IMG/VR virus record: IMGVR_UViG_3300047476_001212
Coordinates: 1-24,203 of that record
DNA from: a virus
Taxonomy: Duplodnaviria; Caudoviricetes
Length of the DNA stretch: 24,203 nt
Reading direction: 5' to 3' (one strand)
The notes under the pieces are model-generated. The model ran no database searches and had not been told where the DNA came from. It saw nothing but the letters and a program-made list of their open reading frames with translations. Numbering within the stretch: position 1 is the first letter of the stretch; every line of letters begins with the position of its first letter. Of the stretch, positions 1 to 7,548 are shown one piece after another. A program made the translations under genes and the position numbers.

Positions 1-752
1 GGCAAGGTCGGCGTGGTCATGTAGACTGCCGACACGTTGTTGGCGTTATAGATCTCATGGCAGGTGTAATTCTTGCCGTTAAAATTAACTCCGAACCTAA
101 CCCGGCCAACTCCCAGCCACTGGAAGTCCATGGTGAAGATCTGGGCCTTCGATGCGTCAATGACCATGCCGCTCGATCCCGTACCGTCGAGCCTATCGAC
201 GTTCCAGTTAGCTTGCGGGATGACGGTATCAACTACAGAGCCGGTAACCCTTGAGCGAAGAACCAGAGCCAATCCCGAGCCGCTATTCTGAAAGAATAAG
301 CCGTTATCGTCATCGAAGTAGCCGATGCGGGTAACAAGGTTTGCCTTGGCTGCTCCGAGCACCCCGGTCATGTTAATGACCTGAGAGCGCCCCGGAGAAT
401 AAGGGATGCGCTTCACTGATTGCCTAATTGCGTAGGCTCCGGAAGTAGTCCCTACCGCGAGAGAGACTGCCGATTCGTTTGGGAGATAGGTAATTGAGCC
501 ACCCGAGGCCGTGAGCTCAAAGAAGTCGTACTCGTTGCGGTCAAGGACGTTCTTATTATCGAAGAGCCCGAACGGGGGGGCAACCCTCAGGCGACCGAAG
601 GCATCTCCTGCCGTTCCGCCAAGGTCTCCAAGCGCTACGTCGAGACCTTCCTTACCATTTCCGAACGGGGTGCGGGTGATAGCATTCGATGAGCCATCAA
701 CCATGTTCGTTGCTACGTTGCTTTGGTATGCTTCGATATTGTTTCGCGCCAT
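1..752 (-). CDS. Putative virion structural protein (DAFGRLRV family), 3' end runs off the window
   Basis: Absent from the ORF track because it has no stop in the window. Manual translation from ATG 752 is open to position 1: MARNNIEAYQ...GDAFGRLRVAPPFGLFD...RIGYFDDDNGLFF...WNVDRLDGTGSSG...AQIFTMDFQWLGVGRVRFG. I recall these motifs from a conserved phage virion protein family. Confidence 0.75.
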   Translation of the reverse strand, partial: MARNNIEAYQSNVATNMVDGSSNAITRTPFGNGKEGLDVALGDLGGTAGDAFGRLRVAPPFGLFDNKNVLDRNEYDFFELTASGGSITYLPNESAVSLAVGTTSGAYAIRQSVKRIPYSPGRSQVINMTGVLGAAKANLVTRIGYFDDDNGLFFQNSGSGLALVLRSRVTGSVVDTVIPQANWNVDRLDGTGSSGMVIDASKAQIFTMDFQWLGVGRVRFGVNFNGKNYTCHEIYNANNVSAVYMTTPTL

Positions 753-772
753 AGCAAGAACCTAATAGTTAA

Positions 773-1048
773 TTAACTGCTTGGGAAGTGTCTCCCCATA
801 TCATTCAGAAAAGCCTTAACCCTAAGATACAGGCAATCTGGCGCGTGCGCTACCCACTCGCGCTCGCAATACTGACATCCAAGGCGCCTAGAGTGAGGAA
901 ATGGGGCTTGGGTCCACCTTCCGGTGCCTTCGTGGTCTATGAGGCGACTGAGGGCCTTATAGAGGCGAAAAGCAATGGCCCGATAGTCCTCTTCGGAAGC
1001 TACCGGGCCACTGTTCTGCTTAATTAAATCAAGCAGGGTTTCGTTCAT
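773..1048 (-). CDS. Hypothetical protein with C-terminal CxxC..H..C putative Zn-binding motif
   Basis: 91 aa; CQYCEREWVAHAPDC; ATGA overlap with the upstream SSB-like gene. Confidence 0.65.
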   Translation of the reverse strand: MNETLLDLIKQNSGPVASEEDYRAIAFRLYKALSRLIDHEGTGRWTQAPFPHSRRLGCQYCEREWVAHAPDCLYLRVKAFLNDMGRHFPSS

Positions 1049-1512
1049 ACGTCGAAGTCGTCGTTAAACGCTGGTGCGGGGGTTTCCTTCATGTTCCCGC
1101 TCAGGGTCGATGCCACTTCGTTTGCTTCGAAATAGGGATAAACCTTTTCGATGCGAGGCCAGAGCGCTCCGTCCTTGCCAGCCTTAAGCTCGATGTCAGC
1201 CTCTAACTTCCTTTTAATAAAGGAATTAGTGTCAAAGGACTTACCGTCGTAGCTTGCGTCAAGAGTCTTCAGGCAGCGCCAGAGAACCCTTGCTCCCGGG
1301 CCACCAAGAGGAAACCACTTCGTGAGCGTCTTACCGACGAGAGAAGGATTCGGTGCCTTGATGACCTTGAACTTAAAGACAAGCGCGTTGTGACCTTGTT
1401 TGTCAGCGCTTGCGCCTTCCTTAATTTCCGTCACTTCAAGAGCCATGCGGCCCGGCACCCAAGGGGTTCCCGGTTCACGTCCACTTCCAAAATCTGGTCT
1501 TACAAGAGCCAT
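1045..1512 (-). CDS. ssDNA-binding protein (DUF669-like OB fold)
   Basis: 155 aa, beta-rich, acidic C-tail (FNDDFDV), GGAG RBS, directly downstream of the Sak4-like ATPase as is typical. Confidence 0.7.
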   Translation of the reverse strand: MALVRPDFGSGREPGTPWVPGRMALEVTEIKEGASADKQGHNALVFKFKVIKAPNPSLVGKTLTKWFPLGGPGARVLWRCLKTLDASYDGKSFDTNSFIKRKLEADIELKAGKDGALWPRIEKVYPYFEANEVASTLSGNMKETPAPAFNDDFDV

Positions 1513-1514
1513 CT

Positions 1515-2318
1515 TTAATTCTCCTTCTTCTCTTCGTTAGCTTCTGCTGCTGGCTTTTCCTGCGTTGGCTTCCTTGCGAGCTTCTTTGCCATGAAAGTAG
1601 CAATGCGCTTGAAGTCAGACGGAACAACCTGCGGGAGTCCGGGGATCTGAGTGCGGCAGACGTAATCGCCGTCAGAGCTAGTCTGGCAGAGGTACTCAAC
1701 CTGACCCTTCTGATGGACAACGTAAGCCCGGTAAACCTCCGTAAACACCTGCGGCAGACGATCTGCGAGCTTGCCCGGAACGAGGGGCTTCCAGTAAATG
1801 CGGCCCGTCTCCTGATTGGTCTCGCTCGTAATGTGACCGATTACGATCACATGACAAGGGAGCCCAAGAAGCTGGCTCATGGCATCCTTAAATTGGATGT
1901 TCATGATCTGGAAGTCCTGAAGCGCAGGCACTCCGTTGACGCGCTTAACTCCGGGGTTTTCAGCAATGATGTCAGCCATGAGCGAGTCGATGAAGAGCGT
2001 CAGAGAGTCGACGATAATCGTCTCGTGCTTGAGCTTTCCTTCGGCTGCGTCCTTTTGAAGCTGGGCAAGAATTGCCTTGAAGCGACGAAATGGGCGGGGC
2101 TGTCCCGGCACTTCCGTCATGTCCTCGTAACTAATTTCCTTGAGCTTGTCAGGATCGTTGACTGAGTAATAAGAAGCCGCGCTCGAAACTTTGCCGTCAA
2201 AGTCAAGAACGAGGGGCTTTGGCGCTCCGGTAGCAAATACGGTTTTACCCGCACCCGACTGGCCGTAAACCAAGAGCTTCATCTTCTGCGTAGATACCAA
2301 CTGGTCTAGTGTTTTCAT
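1515..2318 (-). CDS. Sak4-like ssDNA-annealing ATPase (AAA_24 family)
   Basis: Walker A LLVYGQSGAGKT, LVLDFDG, Walker B IIVDSLT, HVIVIGH. Confidence 0.85.
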   Translation of the reverse strand: MKTLDQLVSTQKMKLLVYGQSGAGKTVFATGAPKPLVLDFDGKVSSAASYYSVNDPDKLKEISYEDMTEVPGQPRPFRRFKAILAQLQKDAAEGKLKHETIIVDSLTLFIDSLMADIIAENPGVKRVNGVPALQDFQIMNIQFKDAMSQLLGLPCHVIVIGHITSETNQETGRIYWKPLVPGKLADRLPQVFTEVYRAYVVHQKGQVEYLCQTSSDGDYVCRTQIPGLPQVVPSDFKRIATFMAKKLARKPTQEKPAAEANEEKKEN

Positions 2319-2363
2319 GTCTAGGCAACTCCTTGTTTGCCTTTTAATTGACGGTTTAGTCCG

Positions 2364-3215
2364 TCAAATCTTTCCGTAAATTTGTTCGATGGCAATAGGG
2401 CGAAGATTCTTATTTAGCGAGCAGACTTCCAAATACTGGCAGCCGCCGTAATGCGAGCAGCTTGACGTATTCATAGGCCACTTGCCGGCAACATAGCAGG
2501 ACGAATAATCCTGAATCGCGGCATGTACCGAATCAAACATCTCTTCGAAGTCCTGATAATTACGCTCCGTAAAGATACGCACCAGATCAGACTTCGTTTT
2601 AGCTACTTGGATGCCGTTAATCATCGCCCGCTTAACAGGGATATTCATTCTTTGCAGCGCCCAAATATAAATCGAGAACTGCAAATTAGGATTAACCCTG
2701 TTTGCCAGATCAGACAGGCTTGTTGCCGTCTTGTGGTCGCAAAGCACAAGCTCGTCCGTTTCCGTATTCCTGAGAACAGCGTCAACCGTTCCGTGAATGA
2801 AGTGGTCCATGAATGGAACCTCGAACGAGCGCTCCACAAAGGCACCCTTCTCATCTCGGTACGCTACCCAAGGGTCGTTTTCATAGACCTCGAAATAGCG
2901 CTTGAGAATCTTTACGCCGTTATCAATGCTTCGCTTATCCGTTGCCGGAACATGGGCAAGCGGGGCAGCAGCAATCATGAAGGCGTCAAGAATAGGTGCC
3001 AGTTGCCTGTCCGTCGTCTTGTAGAACTCTTCTAAGGCCGCATGGATTGCCTTACCAAAGGTAAGCGCCTCGGACTCGTCTTCGCTCCTGTAGCCATCGA
3101 GAAGCGCGTATTGGGCCTTGCGCTTACACGTCTGAATCAGGTCAACGCTGGAAGAATTAATATAGAACTTGCCGTCCTTAACTTCGAGCATCCGCTTCAT
3201 TACTCGACTCTCCAT
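2364..3215 (-). CDS. PD-(D/E)XK exonuclease (RecB/Cas4-like, probable Fe-S cluster)
   Basis: N-terminal Cys (QTCKRK), FGKAIHAALE, catalytic GTVDAV...CDHKT, Q.S.Y motif, C-terminal CSHYGGCQYLEVC. Confidence 0.85.
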   Translation of the reverse strand: MESRVMKRMLEVKDGKFYINSSSVDLIQTCKRKAQYALLDGYRSEDESEALTFGKAIHAALEEFYKTTDRQLAPILDAFMIAAAPLAHVPATDKRSIDNGVKILKRYFEVYENDPWVAYRDEKGAFVERSFEVPFMDHFIHGTVDAVLRNTETDELVLCDHKTATSLSDLANRVNPNLQFSIYIWALQRMNIPVKRAMINGIQVAKTKSDLVRIFTERNYQDFEEMFDSVHAAIQDYSSCYVAGKWPMNTSSCSHYGGCQYLEVCSLNKNLRPIAIEQIYGKI

Positions 3216-3421
3216 ACGCGAACGCCACCCTCAACCTGCTTGCAGGAGAAGACGACGTTATTCTTCTTGCCATAGGCAGAAGCGCAGGCACGAATTGACG
3301 AGGCTTTGGACGGCTCTTGGACTGGGACGAAAAAGGAATCGCCTACTTCCATTTCTGCGAACGGGTAAACCGTTCCTTGGCGAATCTTCGGGATAGGTAC
3401 TGACTTATCAACTGTATACAT
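3200..3421 (-). CDS. Small conserved phage DNA-binding-like protein (YPF.EMEVGDSF family)
   Basis: VPIP...YPFAEMEVGDSFFVP...GVRVWRV signature; AAGGAG RBS. Confidence 0.75.
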   Translation of the reverse strand: MYTVDKSVPIPKIRQGTVYPFAEMEVGDSFFVPVQEPSKASSIRACASAYGKKNNVVFSCKQVEGGVRVWRVE

Positions 3422-3462
3422 GGATCACTCCTTTAGTGCCTGCATCATTGTCAGGCACCATA

Positions 3463-3492
3463 TGTGTAACAGTGTTTCAGATATCAGGTCAA
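3463..3492 (-). promoter_or_regulatory. Putative sigma70-type promoter
   Basis: Minus strand TTGACC-N18-TACACA with TG at the extended -10 position (TGtTACACA). Confidence 0.4.
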
Positions 3493-3683
3493 GGCATTTT
3501 TAACAGGCGAGCAAGAACGTCGTTAAACGATTCTCCGAACGTGCCGGACTTCATAATGTGGTCGTAAATGTCCCAGCTAATTCGGATGGTAGTACCCCAG
3601 CGGGCCTTATCCCTTGAAATCGGAGAAGTCTTGGCCTTCGAGGCTTTCTTTTTCTTGGTGGCCATAGTGCTTTCTTGCGGCAT
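3489..3683 (-). CDS. Ribbon-helix-helix-type DNA-binding protein
   Basis: TTIRISWDIYDHI...GESFNDVLARLL resembles the RHH pattern; basic N-terminus; AAGGAG RBS. Confidence 0.65.
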   Translation of the reverse strand: MPQESTMATKKKKASKAKTSPISRDKARWGTTIRISWDIYDHIMKSGTFGESFNDVLARLLKMP

Positions 3684-3939
3684 GAATTAGCTCCTTGACT
3701 GCAACCCACGCCTGCGGACTTGAGATATCCGCATCAACGTGAATCTGGGACTTTAGAACCATGTCGAGCTTGCCGTTCACTTCGTAAATATGAACAGCGA
3801 GCGAGCCTTTGTACTTGGTTCCTTCCGGGTGCAGACAGGCGGCGACTTCTTGCAAAAGCATTGCTGGCTCTTCCCAGCTTTCACGGTCCCCAAATTGCTC
3901 TCGCTTGATTTCTACTTTTTTATTAGGATCGTGAATCAT
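3607..3939 (-). CDS. Hypothetical protein, probably leaderless
   Basis: Likely start ATG 3939 (MIHDPNKK), 9 nt downstream of an extended -10 TGtTATATT (3949-3957). Confidence 0.6.
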   Translation of the reverse strand: MIHDPNKKVEIKREQFGDRESWEEPAMLLQEVAACLHPEGTKYKGSLAVHIYEVNGKLDMVLKSQIHVDADISSPQAWVAVKELIHAARKHYGHQEKESLEGQDFSDFKG

Positions 3940-3967
3940 TACGGAAACAATATAACAGAAAGTTAAA

Positions 3968-4399
3968 ATGAAAATAGAAAAATTAACTTTTAAGGAAAAG
4001 GGCAAGACTTATTCTGGCGAGATCGCTTGGCCCGACAACCTAGAAATGGCCATCGGTTTCCTTGGCGAGCGCTCGGTGTGGGAGGCGTTTAAAATAGGCT
4101 ATAAGCTAATGATTAAGGCCCAAATTAAGGGCAAGCCTATTCTTCCTCGTAAACGCGTCGTGAAGATCGACCTTTCGGTTTTGGACGAGCAGACCCGGAT
4201 TGCAATTGAGGGGCTTCTGGAGTCACTGGCTGTCCAGCAACAGCCGCAGCAAGTCGCAGAAAGTGCTCCGCCCGAACAGCCACATACAGATCACAACGAT
4301 TACGCCGAAATGCTAACAGAGGCTGAAGCCCAGTCTTCTGGGCATGACTCATCGTTTGAAGAAGACTTTGCCAAATATTTAGCTTCTCTTGGTTCTTAA
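3968..4399 (+). CDS. Hypothetical protein overlapping the resolvase gene antisense
   Basis: 143-aa ORF starting in an AT-rich divergent gap. Its non-overlapping N-terminal ~56 aa look protein-like and fill otherwise empty space. Confidence 0.5.
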   Translation: MKIEKLTFKEKGKTYSGEIAWPDNLEMAIGFLGERSVWEAFKIGYKLMIKAQIKGKPILPRKRVVKIDLSVLDEQTRIAIEGLLESLAVQQQPQQVAESAPPEQPHTDHNDYAEMLTEAEAQSSGHDSSFEEDFAKYLASLGS

Positions 4400-4580
4400 C
4401 TTCAACGGCATAGGGGAAGAGTTCAGCGCCCGCAAAGGACAACTGAATATCTTCCCCATTACTGCCTGACGGCGTAACTCGAACGTCGCGCTCGGTGAGC
4501 TCGGGGAACTTCTCAAGAATTAACTTTTGGAATTCCTGACAAGCTCTCCGACCTTTAGCCTTGGCGCTGGACGTTCTCAT
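4137..4580 (-). CDS. Phage Holliday-junction resolvase (PD-(D/E)XK, Hjc-like)
   Basis: SAKAKGR...G.NGEDI...FPYAVEVKNQEKLNIW...PLLAFRRNR signature. Confidence 0.8.
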   Translation of the reverse strand: MRTSSAKAKGRRACQEFQKLILEKFPELTERDVRVTPSGSNGEDIQLSFAGAELFPYAVEVKNQEKLNIWQSLLQTMSHAQKTGLQPLLAFRRNRCDLYVAVRAEHFLRLAAAVAGQPVTPEAPQLQSGSARPKPKGRSSRRVYEEE

Positions 4581-4782
4581 TTTTTAGCCGTTTATCCCTT
4601 CGTGCTTGTTTGACTTCGATGCTCTTACTTTCGCACCGCGAACATACCGGGGTCCTAAGTTGACTGGTCGTCGAATTACCGCACCAATGGCACGGCGAAC
4701 TCCGGCAAGTCTTACAGATTCCGGTGGAATTGAGATTAGACATCTTCTTGCACTTAATGCAAGGAACTCGCAAATCACTCAC
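4555..4782 (-). CDS. Cys-rich zinc-finger protein (four CxxC pairs)
   Basis: GTG start at 4782 after GGAGG; CIKC, CKTC, CHWC, CSRC. Confidence 0.65.
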   Translation of the reverse strand: MSDLRVPCIKCKKMSNLNSTGICKTCRSSPCHWCGNSTTSQLRTPVCSRCESKSIEVKQARRDKRLKNENVQRQG

Positions 4783-4783
4783 T

Positions 4784-4957
4784 TTAGACAACCTCCGGCT
4801 CCTTTGGCAGCTTGGCTTCAAGCTCTTCGACTTTCTTTCTAAGCAAATAAATCTCGTCGAGATTCAAAGTCACAGTCTGCTCAACCGCAGAGATAATTCT
4901 TGCCCAGTGTTTTGCAATATCTTCAACCGTATGAACGTGCGGCTTATTATTTTCCAT
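4784..4957 (-). CDS. Small hypothetical protein (57 aa, short coiled coil)
   Basis: Manual translation MENNKPHVHTVEDIAKHWARIISAVEQTVTLNLDEIYLLRKKVEELEAKLPKEPEVV; GGAG RBS; fills the gap exactly. Confidence 0.6.
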   Translation of the reverse strand: MENNKPHVHTVEDIAKHWARIISAVEQTVTLNLDEIYLLRKKVEELEAKLPKEPEVV

Positions 4958-4959
4958 GA

Positions 4960-5070
4960 TTACTCCATCAACATGAGAAGATAGTTAATTAACGTGATGC
5001 CAACTATTGCCCCAACGGCATAACAGGCGCCCTTAAGAGTTGCGACAAAAAGAGAAGCAATTAACTTCAT
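4960..5070 (-). CDS. Small membrane peptide (36 aa)
   Basis: MKLIASLFVATLKGACYAVGAIVGITLINYLLMLME; ATGA overlap with the upstream gene's stop. Confidence 0.55.
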   Translation of the reverse strand: MKLIASLFVATLKGACYAVGAIVGITLINYLLMLME

Positions 5071-5462
5071 ACAGCAAGCTCCGTCGGAAAGAGGGTCTCA
5101 TAGGCCGCATCAAGGGAGATGCTCTTCAGAAAGGAAAGCATCTCGTCTAGCTGGTCCTCGTAGAAATAATAAAACCCACAATTCATCGTGAACTCGCCCA
5201 AGAAGCCGTGAAGCTCTTCGGTGTAGCGCTCGGGGTCGACCTTCTTTAGTGCCTCGCCAGCGTCATAGGTAACGCCGACAATTACCGGAGCATCGTAATT
5301 CATGCCCAAGAATTCCGAAAACATCTCTTCGTGGTCTTTCTCGTCAATCTCGGTGACGCACATTGCGCGCACGGCGTAGTGGAATTCCCGGTCAAGTTTG
5401 ACTCCAAACCTGCCGGCCAAAAACCGTTCAATCTCGTGGAATTTTTCTTCTGCTCTGTTCAT
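5067..5462 (-). CDS. Hypothetical acidic phage protein
   Basis: 131 aa with AAGGA RBS; contains a YDAGEALKKVDP motif. Confidence 0.7.
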   Translation of the reverse strand: MNRAEEKFHEIERFLAGRFGVKLDREFHYAVRAMCVTEIDEKDHEEMFSEFLGMNYDAPVIVGVTYDAGEALKKVDPERYTEELHGFLGEFTMNCGFYYFYEDQLDEMLSFLKSISLDAAYETLFPTELAV

Positions 5463-5508
5463 GACTAGGTTCCTTCCCTTTATTTAAAGATTCAAACCGA
5501 CTGCAAAC

Positions 5509-5536
5509 AACGTAACACAACTCGTGCAACGATCAA
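5509..5536 (-). promoter_or_regulatory. Putative sigma70-type promoter
   Basis: TTGATC-N16-TACGTT with extended -10 TG. Confidence 0.45.
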
Positions 5537-5646
5537 CAGCAAAGCTACAACGATGGTTTTTTCCATATACGCGCGCGCGATGCATCGCCCCCATGCAATT
5601 TTTGGAATTTCCAAAAATGCACGAGGACTATGCTGGTCTTCTATTT

Positions 5647-6003
5647 TTAAAACGCAAAAAACTCGAATCGCGGCTCCGGGTATTCTTCGAGTTCTATAAA
5701 ACGAACCTCTCTCTCCACCATCTCGATAGTCAACCGCTCGTCGACGTCAACCGAGTCGCCGTCCTGAGTCGTCGAAAGAATTACGGCAATGCCGGCGAGT
5801 GGATCGGGGTACTTCCCAAGCTCGAAAAACTTCTGGCTCTCTTTGAATAATCCTTCATCGTCGAGCCAGAGAGTAAGCCCAGCACCTACGTCAAGCGCCG
5901 TCACGGTATCGCATCGCATGGTCTCATAAAGGCCCTCTAGGCCATCTGGGATAGCTTGCTTGGTGACCGTGCGGGTATGGGGGTTGATGATGATAGCTTG
6001 CAT
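5647..6003 (-). CDS. DUF3846-like protein
   Basis: MQAIIINP...LEGLYETMRCDTV...LWLDDEGL...LAGIAVI pattern. Confidence 0.7.
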   Translation of the reverse strand: MQAIIINPHTRTVTKQAIPDGLEGLYETMRCDTVTALDVGAGLTLWLDDEGLFKESQKFFELGKYPDPLAGIAVILSTTQDGDSVDVDERLTIEMVEREVRFIELEEYPEPRFEFFAF

Positions 6004-6071
6004 GGGTTCATTCCTTTCGGTGTTGATGGGGGGCAGGGCACAATTACCCCGCCCCAGAATCGGTTATAGGC

Positions 6072-6338
6072 TCAAGACTCGGGCAGGATAAGGGTAACCC
6101 CTAGGGCAACTGAAAGATTGCGTCCTAGGCCAATTGCGCGCGTTATAGCTTGGGCGGCATCATCGCCAGCCCGTGCCGTCTCAGTCCAGACAGCCTGCCA
6201 GCGCTTGCCCTTGGGCTTTAGCCACACTCCGGCCCATTGCACGGCATCAGGCGAGGGGTCAGGGTGGCGCTCGTAATTACCGGATCGGAAGTACCCGACC
6301 CGGACTGCTTCAATTCCAATTCCTAATTGGTCAATCAT
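6072..6338 (-). CDS. Hypothetical protein
   Basis: 88-aa ORF with AGGA RBS, co-oriented with its neighbours. Confidence 0.6.
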   Translation of the reverse strand: MIDQLGIGIEAVRVGYFRSGNYERHPDPSPDAVQWAGVWLKPKGKRWQAVWTETARAGDDAAQAITRAIGLGRNLSVALGVTLILPES

Positions 6339-6357
6339 TTTAGTTTAATTCCTGGGT

Positions 6358-6390
6358 AATAAAAAACCGAGGGCGCCTGGCACCCCCGGC
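6358..6390 (-). terminator. Rho-independent terminator
   Basis: Minus strand CCGGGGGTGC-CAG-GCGCCCTCGG followed by TTTTTTATT, 7 nt after the stop of 6397..7443. Confidence 0.75.
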
Positions 6391-6396
6391 TAACAA

Positions 6397-7443
6397 TTAA
6401 GCGGCAATGTCCTTGCCTGCTTCAATGAATTCCAAAAGCGCTGGCAGGAGTCGAGACGCATCCTCGCCGAATGTATGGGTTAGGGTAAGCACTCCGTTTG
6501 AGTAGCTTACAGCATCACGCGATACGCTCCGACCATAGTGCGCGCCTACTACCTTTCCCGAGATATCGGCAGAAGCAGTGAAGGCGAGCCACACGACACG
6601 GCGCCAGAAGTTGGGCGTCATGAAGCCAGCAATGAAGGTCGGTGACAGGTACTCTCCGGCCTCCTTCATTTCTACGTCGAACGTGCCATCTTCATTGCCT
6701 GAAAACAGGTCGATGCTGTGAAAGCGCTGGGTAAACTTCACGCTCACGCCGAAAGATTCCAGAGTGTCAACAATCGCCCACACGCTAGCACCGTATGCTG
6801 CAAGGTCCTTGGCAGTGCAGTAGCAGGGCGCGTTCGAGATAGCGACTATCTCGATTTGCTTACAGGGGACTTTCACAACGGGGTTGTCTTCGAAGGCGTC
6901 TCCATCCCAACGGCGAGCCTCAACCCATTGCCCTTCATCGCCATAGACGCGCCTTCGCTTTGGGTAGGCCGACTCAAGCGTCCGCCTGATGTCTTGCATC
7001 CAGTCGGTTGACTCAATCCGGTCCTTGGCAGCGTAAAAGAGTTCCATGTCACCCTCGCCCCGGAAGTAGCGAGAAACGTCTTCAGAGGTGCCGCCAGTGA
7101 AGCGCACGCGCTCGGAGTCGTTTCTAAGCAAGTGCTCTCGGCTTCCCTTATTGAGGTCAGACAGGGCAAGCGACCCGTCGCGCATCCCGTGCCAAAACTT
7201 TACCCAAGCGTCAGGGCGTCCAGTCCACGTCACGTTTTTAGAGGGCTTGCCGCCAATCGTGCGGGTGACTTCCTTTTTGATCGTGGGAGTCCATCCTTTG
7301 GGCGGGTAGCGTCCGGGGGGGCGCTTGACAGGGTTTTGAACTTCGATTGTCTCGGTGATCGTCTTGACTTCCGTCGGATCAAAGCCCTTGAGAGTAAGGC
7401 CGAGGTTTTCAATATCTTTTAAGAGTGCCATGGTTCCATCCAT
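6397..7443 (-). CDS. Putative VWA-like/CobT-like partner of the MoxR-type ATPase
   Basis: Directly downstream of the AAA+ gene; AIVDTLESFGVSV...EMKEAGEYL...P.FWRR...YG resembles phage AAA-partner proteins; no intact DxSxS MIDAS motif seen. Confidence 0.55.
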   Translation of the reverse strand: MDGTMALLKDIENLGLTLKGFDPTEVKTITETIEVQNPVKRPPGRYPPKGWTPTIKKEVTRTIGGKPSKNVTWTGRPDAWVKFWHGMRDGSLALSDLNKGSREHLLRNDSERVRFTGGTSEDVSRYFRGEGDMELFYAAKDRIESTDWMQDIRRTLESAYPKRRRVYGDEGQWVEARRWDGDAFEDNPVVKVPCKQIEIVAISNAPCYCTAKDLAAYGASVWAIVDTLESFGVSVKFTQRFHSIDLFSGNEDGTFDVEMKEAGEYLSPTFIAGFMTPNFWRRVVWLAFTASADISGKVVGAHYGRSVSRDAVSYSNGVLTLTHTFGEDASRLLPALLEFIEAGKDIAA

Positions 7444-7474
7444 TTCTAATTAATTATTATTGACTAACGCGCAA

Positions 7475-7503
7475 CTAATAACAGCCACGCCTGGGTATAG
7501 CAA
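7475..7503 (-). promoter_or_regulatory. Putative sigma70-type promoter
   Basis: TTGCTA-N17-TATTAG with extended -10 TG. Confidence 0.4.
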
Positions 7504-7505
7504 GG

Positions 7506-7536
7506 AAAAAATAAGCGCCACCTTCCGTGGCAGCGC
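7506..7536 (-). terminator. Probable terminator after the AAA+ gene
   Basis: Minus strand TGCCAC-GGAAG-GTGGCG followed by CTTATTTTTT. Confidence 0.5.
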
Positions 7537-7548
7537 TTTCCCCATGAA

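Noticed and set aside
2364-3215. Cas4-like nuclease as evidence of a CRISPR-Cas system
   Set aside because: No array or other cas genes; the context is a standard Sak4/SSB recombination module.
765-4993. Identical 13-mer ATAGTTAATTAAC at 765-777 and 4981-4993
   Set aside because: AT-rich, only two copies, one within a likely CDS; compatible with chance.
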